This document shows, piece by piece, positions 1 to 9,409 of a stretch of DNA of 64,000 nt (positions within the stretch are counted from its first letter, which is position 1; every line of letters starts with the position of its first letter). The position numbers were made by a program, and so were the translations under genes. The notes below the pieces were generated by a model. It had not been told where the DNA came from. It did not search any database and worked only from the letters and a program-made list of their open reading frames with translations. Location: assembly GCA_021780375.1 (NCBI GenBank), contig JAJXYT010000111.1, positions 10,809-74,808 on the forward strand. Direction: 5' to 3'. Source of the DNA: a bacterium. Its GTDB lineage: Bacteria; Verrucomicrobiota; Verrucomicrobiia; Limisphaerales; UBA11358.

Positions 1-998
1 TCGAGTTCCTGTTTCATCGCCTGGTAACTTTCCACGCCGATGCGGGAGGGGGCGACCGAAATCACAAACACCACCTTGCCGTGCCATGGCGGGTTGTTCT
101 TCAAAAACAACTCGTAGCCGCGCAGCCGGTTGATGAGGCCCTTGGTGTAATCCAGCCGGTCCACGGAAAAAATCACCTTCTGCCCCGCGCATTTTTCGCG
201 CAATTCCGCCACCTGCGAATCCGTTTCCTTGGACGCCGCGGCGGCCGCAAAGCGGTCGAACTCGATGCCCATCGGGAAAGTTTCCACCTTTACCACCCGG
301 TCGCGCAAGGCCAGGCTGCCAAGCTGATGTTCGTAACCGGCCGTGCGCAGCACGGAGGTCAAAAAATGCCGGACGTAATCATGTGTGTGAAAGCCGATCA
401 GGCTCGCGCCGAGCAGGCCTTCGATAATTTCCTCGCGCCAGCCGCGCGGCAGCATCCGGAAAATTTCCCAGGACGGAAACGGGATGTGCAGGAAGAAGCC
501 GATGGGCATTTCGGGGAATTTTTCGCGCACCAGCTTCGGCAGCAGCATCAGGTGATAGTCGTGGATCCAGAGCAGGTCATCCGGTTGCAGGGCGTTCACC
601 ACCGCCTCGCCGAAGCGGCGGTTCACGCTCTGGTATTCCTGCCAGTATTCCTCCTCGTACCGGGTCAGCGTGGGGAAATAATGAAACAGCGGCCAGATGG
701 TCTTGTTGCAAAAACCGAGGTAAAAACGGTCCATGCTTTCCTCCGGCAGAAAAACGGGGCTGGACTTGAACTGCTGCGTGCCGTAAGTCCGCACCGCCGC
801 CTCCTGTTCCGGCGGGATGTTCGCGCCGGGCCAGCCCATCCATAAATAATCCGGACGCTCCACGCCAGCCGGAGACTTGCGGTTCAAATAGCTCCACAAG
901 CCCGTCGTCAACCCGCCGACGCTGGGCTTGAACTCAGGCGCGCCATCCTTAAAGGAAACCGTAAACGGCAGCCGATTTGAGACGACAACCAACCGCAT
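1..998 (-). CDS. otsA: alpha,alpha-trehalose-phosphate synthase (GT20); 3' end runs off the window
   Basis: The minus frame is open from ATG at 996-998 to the window edge, so it has no stop and is absent from the ORF track. Translation MRLVVVSNRLPF...LWIHDYHLMLLP...FFLHIPFPS...DRLDYTKGL matches OtsA/GT20 blocks. The + ORF 81..845 is its antisense shadow. Confidence 0.9.
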   Translation of the reverse strand, partial: MRLVVVSNRLPFTVSFKDGAPEFKPSVGGLTTGLWSYLNRKSPAGVERPDYLWMGWPGANIPPEQEAAVRTYGTQQFKSSPVFLPEESMDRFYLGFCNKTIWPLFHYFPTLTRYEEEYWQEYQSVNRRFGEAVVNALQPDDLLWIHDYHLMLLPKLVREKFPEMPIGFFLHIPFPSWEIFRMLPRGWREEIIEGLLGASLIGFHTHDYVRHFLTSVLRTAGYEHQLGSLALRDRVVKVETFPMGIEFDRFAAAAASKETDSQVAELREKCAGQKVIFSVDRLDYTKGLINRLRGYELFLKNNPPWHGKVVFVISVAPSRIGVESYQAMKQEL

Positions 999-1140
999 AA
1001 AAAAAGTTCTGACATTTTCAGCAATTGTTCAAGCCATTCGTCTGAAAAATTTAGAATAATTTGCGCTCAATCCCCATAGCGGCTTCCTGAACACGCGCTG
1101 GCCACGGCCACCTGTTTTACCCCAAACCAAACAGTGACTG

Positions 1141-1165
1141 AAAAAACGCGACGGGGGCGTCGCGC
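1141..1165 (-). terminator. GC hairpin plus U-tract (minus strand), about 140 nt upstream of the otsA start
   Basis: On the minus strand, GCGCGACG-ccccc-CGTCGCG is followed by TTTTTT. A second GCGACG..CGTCGC hairpin lies at 1175-1190. No CDS ends here. Confidence 0.45.
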
Positions 1166-1589
1166 TCACCCTTCAGCGACGAGGCGTCGCCGCTGCCTGC
1201 CTGCGCTCTTGCTGCATGGTTACGGCCAAGACCAAGCCCATACGGGCCGTCAAAATTGCGAACCGGGGCGATAGACTCGTCCAGGCTGCGGCAATACTGC
1301 CAGGTTGTCACCGGGACAGCAGTTCCCAGCCCTGCCCAGGCCTGCCGCGGAGCGGCAGGCATGCGTGGGGCGGGATTGCTTGAAGATGAATTGTGTCCAG
1401 ATGAAGTCATGCGAAGGTTCCACGTGTCCACGATATCAAAAGCCAGAGGCGCCTGACCCCTCGGGACCGGGAGTGTAGCCGTTTCATGTGACTATCGAAC
1501 ATGGCTTTTCAGTGTTAAACTTTGTCAGACTTAAAGAACTTTCAACGATTTCTTGAACCAAACTGAACAAGAAATCAGAGTGTGGCATT

Positions 1590-2534
1590 ATGAAAATCAA
1601 ATCACCAACGAGGTGGCTGGCGGCCGTGCTTGCCGTGGCGGGCGGATTGACATTGGCCAGCCGGGTGCAGGCTCAAGACATCTACTACTGGTATTATTTC
1701 TATCCACCCTGGCCACCCAACAGTTCGCTGTACGCTAATTGGAACAACTACCCAACCAACCCTTCGGCTGTGAACTTTAACACGGTGTTTGCTTACACGA
1801 ACCAGGTGTTGGACGAAGCGGCGTCCGGTCTGGAAGTAACGTCGACGATTGGTGGTTATGGCAGCGGTTATGCTGACCTGAACAGCGGCACGGGCGTTAC
1901 CTTTGCCAACGGAAATTTTGCGCTCGCTACCAACGACACGACTTGCACCCTGACTTTTACAGTCAATCCGACGCCGGGCATGGCGTCCTCGGGGACATCG
2001 TTTTATACCAATTACAACTGGATAGGAATACAGTTCTACTTGAATCTCGACAGTGGTCCATACACCAGTCTGCCTGTCCTTTACGGCGGATGGAACAATC
2101 CGGGTAACTCTAATGGCATCGTGTGGGCGGGCAGCAACGTCACGATGACGGTAAATTTGTCATCCTTGCCTAAATTTGCGGCCTACACCCAGGGTGGAAC
2201 GAATCACTTTTACGGTTGCAACCTGGGCGTTAATCCGGCGGTCATTTTTAATGATCCTAGTGGGAGTTCCGGATTGCCTTACGATATCACGTTCAACACT
2301 ATCGAATTTGCTCCAGCGGCAGCGCCGCCGCCGAACCTTTCCATCGGCCATGTCGGCACCAATGTCATCGTCTCCTGGCCCGCGAGCGGCCCCTACACCT
2401 TGCAACAAAGCGCCAATCTGGCCAGATTCAGTTGGTCGCCCTGGGGTTTTCCAGCCGACTCGAATAACGGAATCTACAGTATCACCATTCCGGCGCCCAC
2501 GAACACTTTGTTTTTCCGCCTGAGCAGTCCGTAG
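1590..2534 (+). CDS. secreted hypothetical protein with C-terminal ...FFRL module
   Basis: Signal peptide MKIKSPTRWLAAVLAVAGGLTLASRVQAQ. The last ~70 aa (LSIGHVGTNVIVSWPA...YTLQQS...LFFRLSSP) resemble the C-termini of the 4589..6634 and 63256.. proteins. Confidence 0.75.
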   Translation: MKIKSPTRWLAAVLAVAGGLTLASRVQAQDIYYWYYFYPPWPPNSSLYANWNNYPTNPSAVNFNTVFAYTNQVLDEAASGLEVTSTIGGYGSGYADLNSGTGVTFANGNFALATNDTTCTLTFTVNPTPGMASSGTSFYTNYNWIGIQFYLNLDSGPYTSLPVLYGGWNNPGNSNGIVWAGSNVTMTVNLSSLPKFAAYTQGGTNHFYGCNLGVNPAVIFNDPSGSSGLPYDITFNTIEFAPAAAPPPNLSIGHVGTNVIVSWPASGPYTLQQSANLARFSWSPWGFPADSNNGIYSITIPAPTNTLFFRLSSP

Positions 2535-2999
2535 CCTGAATGGCGGATGATACGTCCGGCGGGTGGCGCTCATGAACCGGGCAGCGCCGCTATAGCATCG
2601 ACAGGGGAAAACGGCCACCATCGCCTCGCTAATTCAGGCGGCCAGGTTTCGGCGGCAGGGGACCATTAATGTGGTAACGCCGATCGCGAACAAGCCAAAA
2701 ATTGATGGTTCAGGTACAGGTTGGCAGGCGAGTCCGGCCGGTGCCTACAATCCGAAGGTATGGGTGCCTTGCACTGCGTCCGGAGGTATTCCGCCGGGCA
2801 ATACCAAGAGGAGTCGTCCGTTTGCGGCTCCATATTTATGGGTGCGGTGCCATGGAGGGACATTGCTCGGTGCGTCCAGACTAAAAACCTTAAAATAACA
2901 CCTCCAAGTAATAAATTAGAATCGCTGTGCGGTTGTTTATCCTCCCGGTTTATAAAGAGAATATGGGTATTTTTCAACCCCGGGCCTTGTTTTCGGAGA

Positions 3000-3063
3000 G
3001 TCGTAAAACATTAAATAAAATACGTGAACCCTCAATGACAGCCGGGGCTTGGATTAGTAGAAT
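3000..3063 (+). promoter_or_regulatory. promoter module copy 1 (conserved activator-site-like block, -35 ATGACA, -10 TAGAAT)
   Basis: GTCGTAAAACATTAAATAAAATACGTGAACCCTCAATGACA, then 17 nt, then TAGAAT. The ATG of the next gene is at 3085. One of five near-identical modules. Confidence 0.7.
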
Positions 3064-3084
3064 ACGATTATTAAATCAGCGTTT

Positions 3085-3894
3085 ATGTTTGTGAGACTAT
3101 CACGTGCTTATAAAACGGCTGCTTCTCCTTTGGGCTTCACTTTGATTGAGTTGCTGGTGGTGATCGCGATTATCGCGCTCCTGGCCAGCATGCTGCTCCC
3201 CGCTCTTGGCGCGGCCAAAATGCGGGCCAAGTCGATCGCCTGTCTCAGCAACCTGAAACAAATGTCCCTCGGCAGCCAGCTCTACGCTGGCGACGATCCG
3301 GCCGGCGCCCTCACCGGCGTTGACCCCGGCAATTGGGGCGACGACGACGTTAATTGGCTTTACCCGCAATATGTTAAAAATTTAAAGGTGTTCGTATGTC
3401 CTGCGACGCAGAATTTTATCCGGAACCAGCCGGTCGTGCTCGATCCCAAAACCTACGCTGCTTACATCCAGCGATTGCACGGGAATCAGACTTATATTCC
3501 CGATCTGCAAAACACCGCTCTGGGCACAGGATACTTGCCGGGTCATAGCTACGACGTTTATGGAAATATGACCTCGCACATTCGTAAAACAGAAAACGTG
3601 GTCGGACACTATATTCTGGTTGCGCCAGGCAGACCCAAGGCAGCGCTCATGTTGCTCAAGGGGATGGAAGTGGGTCCCTCCAAGATCTGGGTGTTTCTTG
3701 ATAATCTGGACCGGATTATTGGCGCGCCGCTGGCGTATCCGGACCGGCCAACCCGGTGGAGCAACCACGGCGCGGCTGGGGATAATGTGTCGTTTGCAGA
3801 CGGGCACGTGGCCTTCATTAAGGCCACGGACTGGGATTATGCATACGTCATCGGTAATGATTACCCGGCGCCCGGCAATAATACTCCCAATTAA
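3085..3894 (+). CDS. DUF1559-type protein with prepilin N-terminal cleavage/methylation domain (pseudopilin-like)
   Basis: N-terminus [25 protein letters not shown], then ...CLSNLKQM. C-terminal H-X9/10-DG-like [10 protein letters not shown]. Confidence 0.85.
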   Translation: MFVRLSRAYKTAASPLGFTLIELLVVIAIIALLASMLLPALGAAKMRAKSIACLSNLKQMSLGSQLYAGDDPAGALTGVDPGNWGDDDVNWLYPQYVKNLKVFVCPATQNFIRNQPVVLDPKTYAAYIQRLHGNQTYIPDLQNTALGTGYLPGHSYDVYGNMTSHIRKTENVVGHYILVAPGRPKAALMLLKGMEVGPSKIWVFLDNLDRIIGAPLAYPDRPTRWSNHGAAGDNVSFADGHVAFIKATDWDYAYVIGNDYPAPGNNTPN

Positions 3895-3898
3895 CAGC

Positions 3899-4285
3899 AT
3901 GACCCGGGATTTTAGTCGCAGCCCCAATCGTCGCGTGCTCGCTGCTCTGCTGGCAGCGGTGGTCGGCGTTGGCCTCTGCGGGTGTTCAAAGTCGGGACCC
4001 AAGGACTGGGAAGTGAACGGCTATTTGGACACGGTAACCGGTTACAAGTTTTACACAGACAAGGACGTTTTTGCCGAAAAGAGCCCTGTGCATCCTGACG
4101 ATCGCTTTGTGCAGGTGCTTGTTTTTATCTATCCCCGGGGTAATAGCGTTATTGCCGCTCGCGACGCCCAAAACCTGGAAGATCCGCAAACGCATAAAAC
4201 GCCGGTGAGTGTTCGCTATCCGACCGAAGCTGAACTGAAGGCCTGGGGCGCCGTGAAGGCAACCCGGCAGGAAGTGTGCAATTGA
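3899..4285 (+). CDS. small lipoprotein, hypothetical
   Basis: Internal ATG of ORF 3620..4285, 5 nt after the upstream stop. MTRDFSRSPNRRVLAALLAAVVGVGLCGCSKSG carries a lipobox (L-C-G-C). Confidence 0.65.
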   Translation: MTRDFSRSPNRRVLAALLAAVVGVGLCGCSKSGPKDWEVNGYLDTVTGYKFYTDKDVFAEKSPVHPDDRFVQVLVFIYPRGNSVIAARDAQNLEDPQTHKTPVSVRYPTEAELKAWGAVKATRQEVCN

Positions 4286-4480
4286 TCGGTCGGCAGGTGT
4301 CGGGTGATTCATCTCCTTTCCGCCGGTAGCAAGCCGGTAAAGGAATTTTTCCCGGGGCACGACCTAAAACCTTAATATCTTACTTTTGAATAATCAGCCA
4401 AAATCAGCCGCTCAATTGTTTGTCCCACAGTTTATGCGAAAAAAAGGGCTTTTTTTAACGCTGGCGTTTGCCCTGGCGAA

Positions 4481-4544
4481 GTCGTAAAACCATAAATAAA
4501 ATGCGTGAACTCTCAATGACACGGCCGTTCTGAGTCAGTAAAAT
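4481..4544 (+). promoter_or_regulatory. promoter module copy 2 (-35 ATGACA, 17 nt, -10 TAAAAT)
   Basis: GTCGTAAAACCATAAATAAAATGCGTGAACTCTCAATGACA is almost identical to copy 1 over 41 nt. The next ATG is at 4589. Confidence 0.7.
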
Positions 4545-4588
4545 ACAATGACGTTAAACCACTTGAAACATCCAAACCACTCAACTCT

Positions 4589-6634
4589 ATGAAAGCAGAC
4601 TTCGCACCATTGTTGACGATGATTGTGGTCGCTTGCGCCACAGTCCTCCCTGTCCCGTACGTGCAAGAAGCCCAGGCAGCGCCGTCGGTTGTCGGTCTCT
4701 GGCGGTTCGATGAAGGCAGTGGAACCAATGTCTTCGATTCATCAGGTTTGGGAAACAATGGGACATTGATGGGTGAGAACGGTAATGTTCCGACGTGGGT
4801 CGCGGGCCAGGCAGGCTTCAACAGCGCCCTGCGTTTCACCAACAATGGTGCCGACCATGCCTATGTGAACATCCCTGGTGCCAGCTCACTGATGATCGGC
4901 CAGACGGCGACCAATGCGTGGACGATTACGTGCTGGGCATATGAAGAATCAAATGGCACGAGTAATTTTGTCTCGAGTTATGGGCGAATGTTGACAACGG
5001 ATGACGGAGCGGCATTCCAGTTGGAATCCGGGGCGGTGGGGGACGCGGAATTGTACACCTGGAGTGAGATGACTCCCTCCTGGCAGATTGCCTGGGGCGT
5101 GGGTTCCAGTGTCGCCCCGCTTCTGGATCAGTGGGTCCATTGGGCCGTCGTTTATGATGGAACCAACATTACCATCTATCGCAACGGCAACCAGGGTCCC
5201 AACGGTGGGGTTGCTTCCCAGCCGGTGACGGCACCGCTGGCATTCCCCGGTTACACGGGAGCAGTGGTGATCGGTTCACAACTGGATCAGGCGGGCACCG
5301 CCAATTGGAACGGGATGCTGGACGACGTGGCGGTGTTTAACGGTGCTTTGACGCAATCCCAAGTTGACACCGTGATGACCAATAATTTTTCTCCATTCAT
5401 TGGTGGCCCGGTCAATTTTGTCAGTGGGCCACAAAGCCAGACGGTGTTTCAAGGCGCCAGCGTCAGTTTCAGCGTCGGTGTGGCCGGACAGGCGCCCTTC
5501 CAATATCAATGGTATTTCAACGGAACCAACCCGCTGTCGAGTGTCAGCAACCCGACGGCGACGAACGCGACGTTGGTGCTGTCAAATGTCCAATTGGACC
5601 AGTCGGGGACTTATTCGGTGGTCGTCAGCAACTCTTTGGGTAGCGCAACCAATCCGGCGGTTACTCTTACCGTTTTCCGGCCTCAACCCCTGGTCGGGCT
5701 CTGGCGGTTTAATCAAGGCAGCGGGACCAATGTCCTTGATTCATCAGGCCTGGGGAACAATGGGTTTATTGCCGGCGAAAATGGCAATGTCCCGGCCTGG
5801 ACCACCGGCCAGGCGGGATTTGGTGACGCTCTGCGTTTCACCAATAACGGCGCCGACCATGCCTATGTCGTTATTCCCCCCAGCGGTACCTTGCTGATTG
5901 GCCAGACGGCCACGAATCCCTGGACCATCACCGGCTGGGCTTATGAGAGCTCCGACGGCACGAGCAATTTTGTGGCGACTTACGGACGGATCCTGGTCAT
6001 CGACGACGGCACGGCATTCCAATTTGAATCAGGGGCATCCGGCGATGACGAAATGTACACCTGGGCGCGCGCCAATATAGCATGGCAAATCGGTTGGGCG
6101 GGATTTTCCGGTGTAACGCCGCTCTTGGATCAATGGGTGCATTGGGCGGTGGTTTATGATGGAACCAATATCACTGTTTATCGTAATGGAAACCAGGGTC
6201 CCAACGGCGGAATGGCCTCTCTCCCGCTGAGTCCCCCTTCACCACTTGGCGGCTACTTCGGATTCCAGGATGGCATCCTGATTGGTTCTGAGCTGGCACA
6301 ATCCGGTAATCGCACCTGGAACGGCATGTTGGACGATGAGGCCGTATTCAACGTCGCGTTGTCCCAGGCCCAAATTCAAACCGTCATGGCCGGCAATTTC
6401 AGCGCTTTCATGACGCAGCCTCCGCCGCAGTTGTCCATCGGCAACAGTGCCGGGAACATTATGCTCAGTTGGCCGGCGGCCCCCCAGGCCGCGTACCAGC
6501 TTCAATCCACCGCCAGCCTGGCTCCGTCCTCGTGGACCAGCGTTACCAACTTGCCGGTGCAAAATGGCAGTGCGCTGACCGTGACTCTGCCGGGTAGTTC
6601 GGGAACGCAGTTCTTCCGTCTGATGGGACAATAG
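4589..6634 (+). CDS. secreted protein: two LamG/concanavalin-A-like lectin domains, an Ig-like domain and a C-terminal ...FFRL module
   Basis: Signal peptide ...VPYVQEAQA. Two ~177-aa units (GLWRF.EGSGTNV.DSSGLGNNG...LDQWVHWAVVYDGTNIT.YRNGNQGPNGG) flank an I-set-like segment (FQYQWYFNG...SGTYSVVVSN). The protein ends QFFRLMGQ. Confidence 0.85.
   Translation: MKADFAPLLTMIVVACATVLPVPYVQEAQAAPSVVGLWRFDEGSGTNVFDSSGLGNNGTLMGENGNVPTWVAGQAGFNSALRFTNNGADHAYVNIPGASSLMIGQTATNAWTITCWAYEESNGTSNFVSSYGRMLTTDDGAAFQLESGAVGDAELYTWSEMTPSWQIAWGVGSSVAPLLDQWVHWAVVYDGTNITIYRNGNQGPNGGVASQPVTAPLAFPGYTGAVVIGSQLDQAGTANWNGMLDDVAVFNGALTQSQVDTVMTNNFSPFIGGPVNFVSGPQSQTVFQGASVSFSVGVAGQAPFQYQWYFNGTNPLSSVSNPTATNATLVLSNVQLDQSGTYSVVVSNSLGSATNPAVTLTVFRPQPLVGLWRFNQGSGTNVLDSSGLGNNGFIAGENGNVPAWTTGQAGFGDALRFTNNGADHAYVVIPPSGTLLIGQTATNPWTITGWAYESSDGTSNFVATYGRILVIDDGTAFQFESGASGDDEMYTWARANIAWQIGWAGFSGVTPLLDQWVHWAVVYDGTNITVYRNGNQGPNGGMASLPLSPPSPLGGYFGFQDGILIGSELAQSGNRTWNGMLDDEAVFNVALSQAQIQTVMAGNFSAFMTQPPPQLSIGNSAGNIMLSWPAAPQAAYQLQSTASLAPSSWTSVTNLPVQNGSALTVTLPGSSGTQFFRLMGQ
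4688..5218 (+). repeat. LamG unit 1 of an intragenic tandem duplication
   Basis: Aligns with 5690-6220 at DNA and protein level; roughly 70% amino-acid identity by eye. Confidence 0.8.
5690..6220 (+). repeat. LamG unit 2 of an intragenic tandem duplication
   Basis: See 4688-5218. Confidence 0.8.
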
Positions 6635-6650
6635 TTGCTTTTGTGAAGGA

Positions 6651-6683
6651 CGAGGGGGGCGATTGAATTCGCCCCTCTCGTTT
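6651..6683 (+). terminator. hairpin plus short T run between the LamG gene and the next gene (possible attenuator)
   Basis: CGAGGGGGGCGA-ttgaa-TTCGCCCCTCTCG followed by TTT. The stem is imperfect. Confidence 0.4.
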
Positions 6684-6700
6684 AAACAGTGATTGTATGT

Positions 6701-9409
6701 ATGACAAAATTTACGGGTGTAAAGGGTTGGCAATCCGCGCAGAACGTGTATCCGCGAAGTAATGCAGGAATTCGCTTCCTTCCTTTTAGAAAAACGTGGT
6801 GGTTGCTTGCGGTGGTCACGGTTTGTATCAAGGTCCAGGCGGCCACCAATCTCCCTTCTTATTACGCCCATCCAACCGAATTGGATTCGAACGGTGTCAT
6901 TGCGCCCTGGTATCATGGGCTGAACGGCCAGTTGGACGAACGTTTGCGCATTGCGGTGGACGTCTATAAGCGTTATCCGTGGGTGGACAAACCCAAGGCG
7001 GTGATGGCGGCGCCGGACTTTGTTTATAGCTCCCACTGGAGTACCAAACCGGATGGCACCATTTTAATGGCCCCGACCAGCGACTGGATGTGCGGTGATT
7101 TGGCTCAACGCGCCTGGAGCATCATCAAAGGCCTCACGGCTTATTACCAATACAGCGGCGATCCGATTGCGTTCGTCTATATCCCGCGCACCGTGGATTA
7201 CATTTTGGATTACGGGTTGACCGATAAAAACGCCGACTGGCCGCTGTTTCCCATCAGCACGCCGACACGGGGAAAAGCCTACGGCAAATGCGATCCATCG
7301 GGTCGGAACCAGCTTGACCTCTGCGCCATCGTTGGCATCGAGGTGCTCCGAGCCTATAAGCTCACCGGCAATCCCCGCTACCTTCAAATGGCGGAACATT
7401 GGGGCGATGTGTTTGCCGCCAAGGGTCAGTTTAACGATCCGGATATTTCTCCGTGGAATCGTTATGTGGACCCGTCCGTCGTCGGCTGGTCTGACGTCCT
7501 TACCGGCACGACGTCGATCATTGTTGATTTTTTGGATGATCTGATCCAGATGGGTGACACCGGCAAAGAGGGCGCAATTCTCAAGGCGAGAGATGCCGGG
7601 AGACGTTTTTTAAATGAACGGATGCTGCCCGCCTGGTGGGTGGATGACACCTGGGGACGAACTTATTGGGATTGGGACAATCCGATGATGTGCGGCATGG
7701 TGGCGATGTGCGCCGACCATTTCCTGAAACATCCCCAAGCCTATCCCAACTGGCGAAACGATGTGCGAAACATGCTTTCCTTGCTCTGGAACCGCAACTG
7801 CGCCGCCCCGGATTCGTTCGGTGACGTGTATAGCGGCGCCTGGGCGTTTCCCGAATCCTCGGTTTGCTGCGGCACTTCGCTTTCTTACAACCAGTACACC
7901 GCCGGCCCCACGCTGCTCCACTACGGCGCGCTGGCTCACAGCGCGTGGGCCGCCGAAATCGGGCGGCGCATGATGCTCATGGCCACTTACGACAGCCTTC
8001 CCAATGGCATCGTCAAAGACGGTTTGTTTGGCGATCAAGTTGCCACGATCGACTGGTCAAACCTGGCTCACCCGTGGCCGTTGTGTCAGGTGATGGCCGC
8101 CATTGCGTGGCTGCCTGAAGATTTCGCTCCGAACCGCGAAAACCATATTGTCCGTTCCTCCTCGGTCGTGCAGAAGGTCCTTTATGAAAAGGGCAGGATT
8201 GCCTACACCACCTTTGATGCACCGCCGGGCGTGCAGGAAGTCATGCGGCTGGCGTTTTGTCCTGAATCGATTCGAGCCGATGGCCGCCGACTTAAGGAAC
8301 GTTCTGCCCTGGATGCCAGCGGTTATACGCTCATTCCCTTGTCAAACGGCGATTGGCTGGTTGCCGTGCGCCACGACGGCTGCCGGGACGTCGAAGTGAC
8401 CGGAGACGGTGATCCACAACAGGTTGCCAACGTCGATGACCACGCGTTCGCCTTTAACGGCGCGTGGACCGTGGTGAAAGACAGCGGTGCGCCGCATGGC
8501 GCCTTCCGATCGGCAGATCAATCGGGCGCGATGATGACTTTCCGGTTTTCCGGCAATCAAGTGCGCTTGCTGGGCGTGGTCGGTCCCGAGGGCGGCTGGG
8601 CGGATGCCTTTATGGATGGTGTGAAACAACCGACCCTGATCGAGTGTTGGAATCCTGCCGTGCGACATGAACAGCCGATTTTTATCAAGAGTGGTCTGAC
8701 CCAAGGCCGGCATGAATTGAAAATTGTCGTGCGCGGCGAGAAAAATCCTCTGGCGCGCGGCGCTCAAATTGGAATCGAGTCCGCCCAGTTTTCCGCCGCG
8801 ACCGGCGACGCCGGTTTCGGCTCCGGTGGCGGTCCGGCCGGCCCGCAGCGGCTGATCTTTGGTTACACCCGGCGGCACGATTATATGGACTCGAAGGGGA
8901 ACACCTGGCGGCCCGGCACCGAGTTTGTCGCCCGGGTGGGAGCGGACGTGGATACGGTGGCGCGCTGCTGGTGGCGGGACCGCCGCAGCATGTATATCGG
9001 TGGAACTCCGGACGAAGAAATCTACCGATATGGCGTTCATGCGCCGGAGTTTTGGGTGAATCTCACCGCGGCGCCGGGCCATTACACCGTGCGTTTGCAT
9101 TGGGCGGACACGCCCGAAACGCCGTGGGTCGAGCGCGCAGGAACCAATTGGGAAACGATTTCACGTCCCACCACGGTGCTCATCAATGGCAAAACGGTGA
9201 TTGAAGATTTGAATGTGCGGGACAAGGTGGGGACGTTCCACGCTTACACTCGCGAATTCAAAGACGTCGAGCCGCAAAACGGAATTATTGAATTGCGGTT
9301 CAAATCCACCCCCGATCACGAGGCAATGATTCAGGCGGTGGAGATCATTCCTGACAAAAACGGCGAGGAGCGCAAGTCCGCCCGTCCCTCAGGAAACCCG
9401 CGGTTATGA
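6701..9409 (+). CDS. large secreted protein: N-terminal unrecognised alpha/alpha-barrel-like region, CBM-like middle, C-terminal malectin-like domain
   Basis: Signal-like [17 protein letters not shown]. The C-terminus ([10 protein letters not shown]...[19 protein letters not shown]...INGK.V.EDL) is malectin-like. The N-terminal ~560 aa are paralogous to 17536..19278. Start chosen at the first ATG (track starts at GTG 6689). Confidence 0.75.
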   Translation: MTKFTGVKGWQSAQNVYPRSNAGIRFLPFRKTWWLLAVVTVCIKVQAATNLPSYYAHPTELDSNGVIAPWYHGLNGQLDERLRIAVDVYKRYPWVDKPKAVMAAPDFVYSSHWSTKPDGTILMAPTSDWMCGDLAQRAWSIIKGLTAYYQYSGDPIAFVYIPRTVDYILDYGLTDKNADWPLFPISTPTRGKAYGKCDPSGRNQLDLCAIVGIEVLRAYKLTGNPRYLQMAEHWGDVFAAKGQFNDPDISPWNRYVDPSVVGWSDVLTGTTSIIVDFLDDLIQMGDTGKEGAILKARDAGRRFLNERMLPAWWVDDTWGRTYWDWDNPMMCGMVAMCADHFLKHPQAYPNWRNDVRNMLSLLWNRNCAAPDSFGDVYSGAWAFPESSVCCGTSLSYNQYTAGPTLLHYGALAHSAWAAEIGRRMMLMATYDSLPNGIVKDGLFGDQVATIDWSNLAHPWPLCQVMAAIAWLPEDFAPNRENHIVRSSSVVQKVLYEKGRIAYTTFDAPPGVQEVMRLAFCPESIRADGRRLKERSALDASGYTLIPLSNGDWLVAVRHDGCRDVEVTGDGDPQQVANVDDHAFAFNGAWTVVKDSGAPHGAFRSADQSGAMMTFRFSGNQVRLLGVVGPEGGWADAFMDGVKQPTLIECWNPAVRHEQPIFIKSGLTQGRHELKIVVRGEKNPLARGAQIGIESAQFSAATGDAGFGSGGGPAGPQRLIFGYTRRHDYMDSKGNTWRPGTEFVARVGADVDTVARCWWRDRRSMYIGGTPDEEIYRYGVHAPEFWVNLTAAPGHYTVRLHWADTPETPWVERAGTNWETISRPTTVLINGKTVIEDLNVRDKVGTFHAYTREFKDVEPQNGIIELRFKSTPDHEAMIQAVEIIPDKNGEERKSARPSGNPRL

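Noticed and set aside
81-845. 254-aa + strand ORF at the left edge
   Set aside because: It is the antisense shadow of otsA. The minus frame gives an uninterrupted GT20 sequence. The + translation is Arg/His/Ala-rich with no motif.
1117-1456. Possibility that the GC-rich spacer is RNase P RNA, tmRNA, SRP RNA or a known riboswitch
   Set aside because: I could not find the universal cores on either strand: GGAAAGUCCGGGC / ACAGAACCCGGCUUA for RNase P, the tRNA-like 3' end for tmRNA, or GGAA-tetraloop helix 8 for SRP. A partial GGCCUGGGCA resembles the ZTP 3' motif, but the 5' domain is absent and the gene context is wrong. It is kept only as an unassigned structured region.
2640-2900. Region with ORFs open in four frames; considered as an ncRNA or a gene relic
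   Set aside because: No conserved ncRNA core, no long-range pairing of the ends and no protein-like translation. It is most simply the terminator-to-promoter spacer ahead of promoter module 1. An Rfam or blastx search would be needed to say more.
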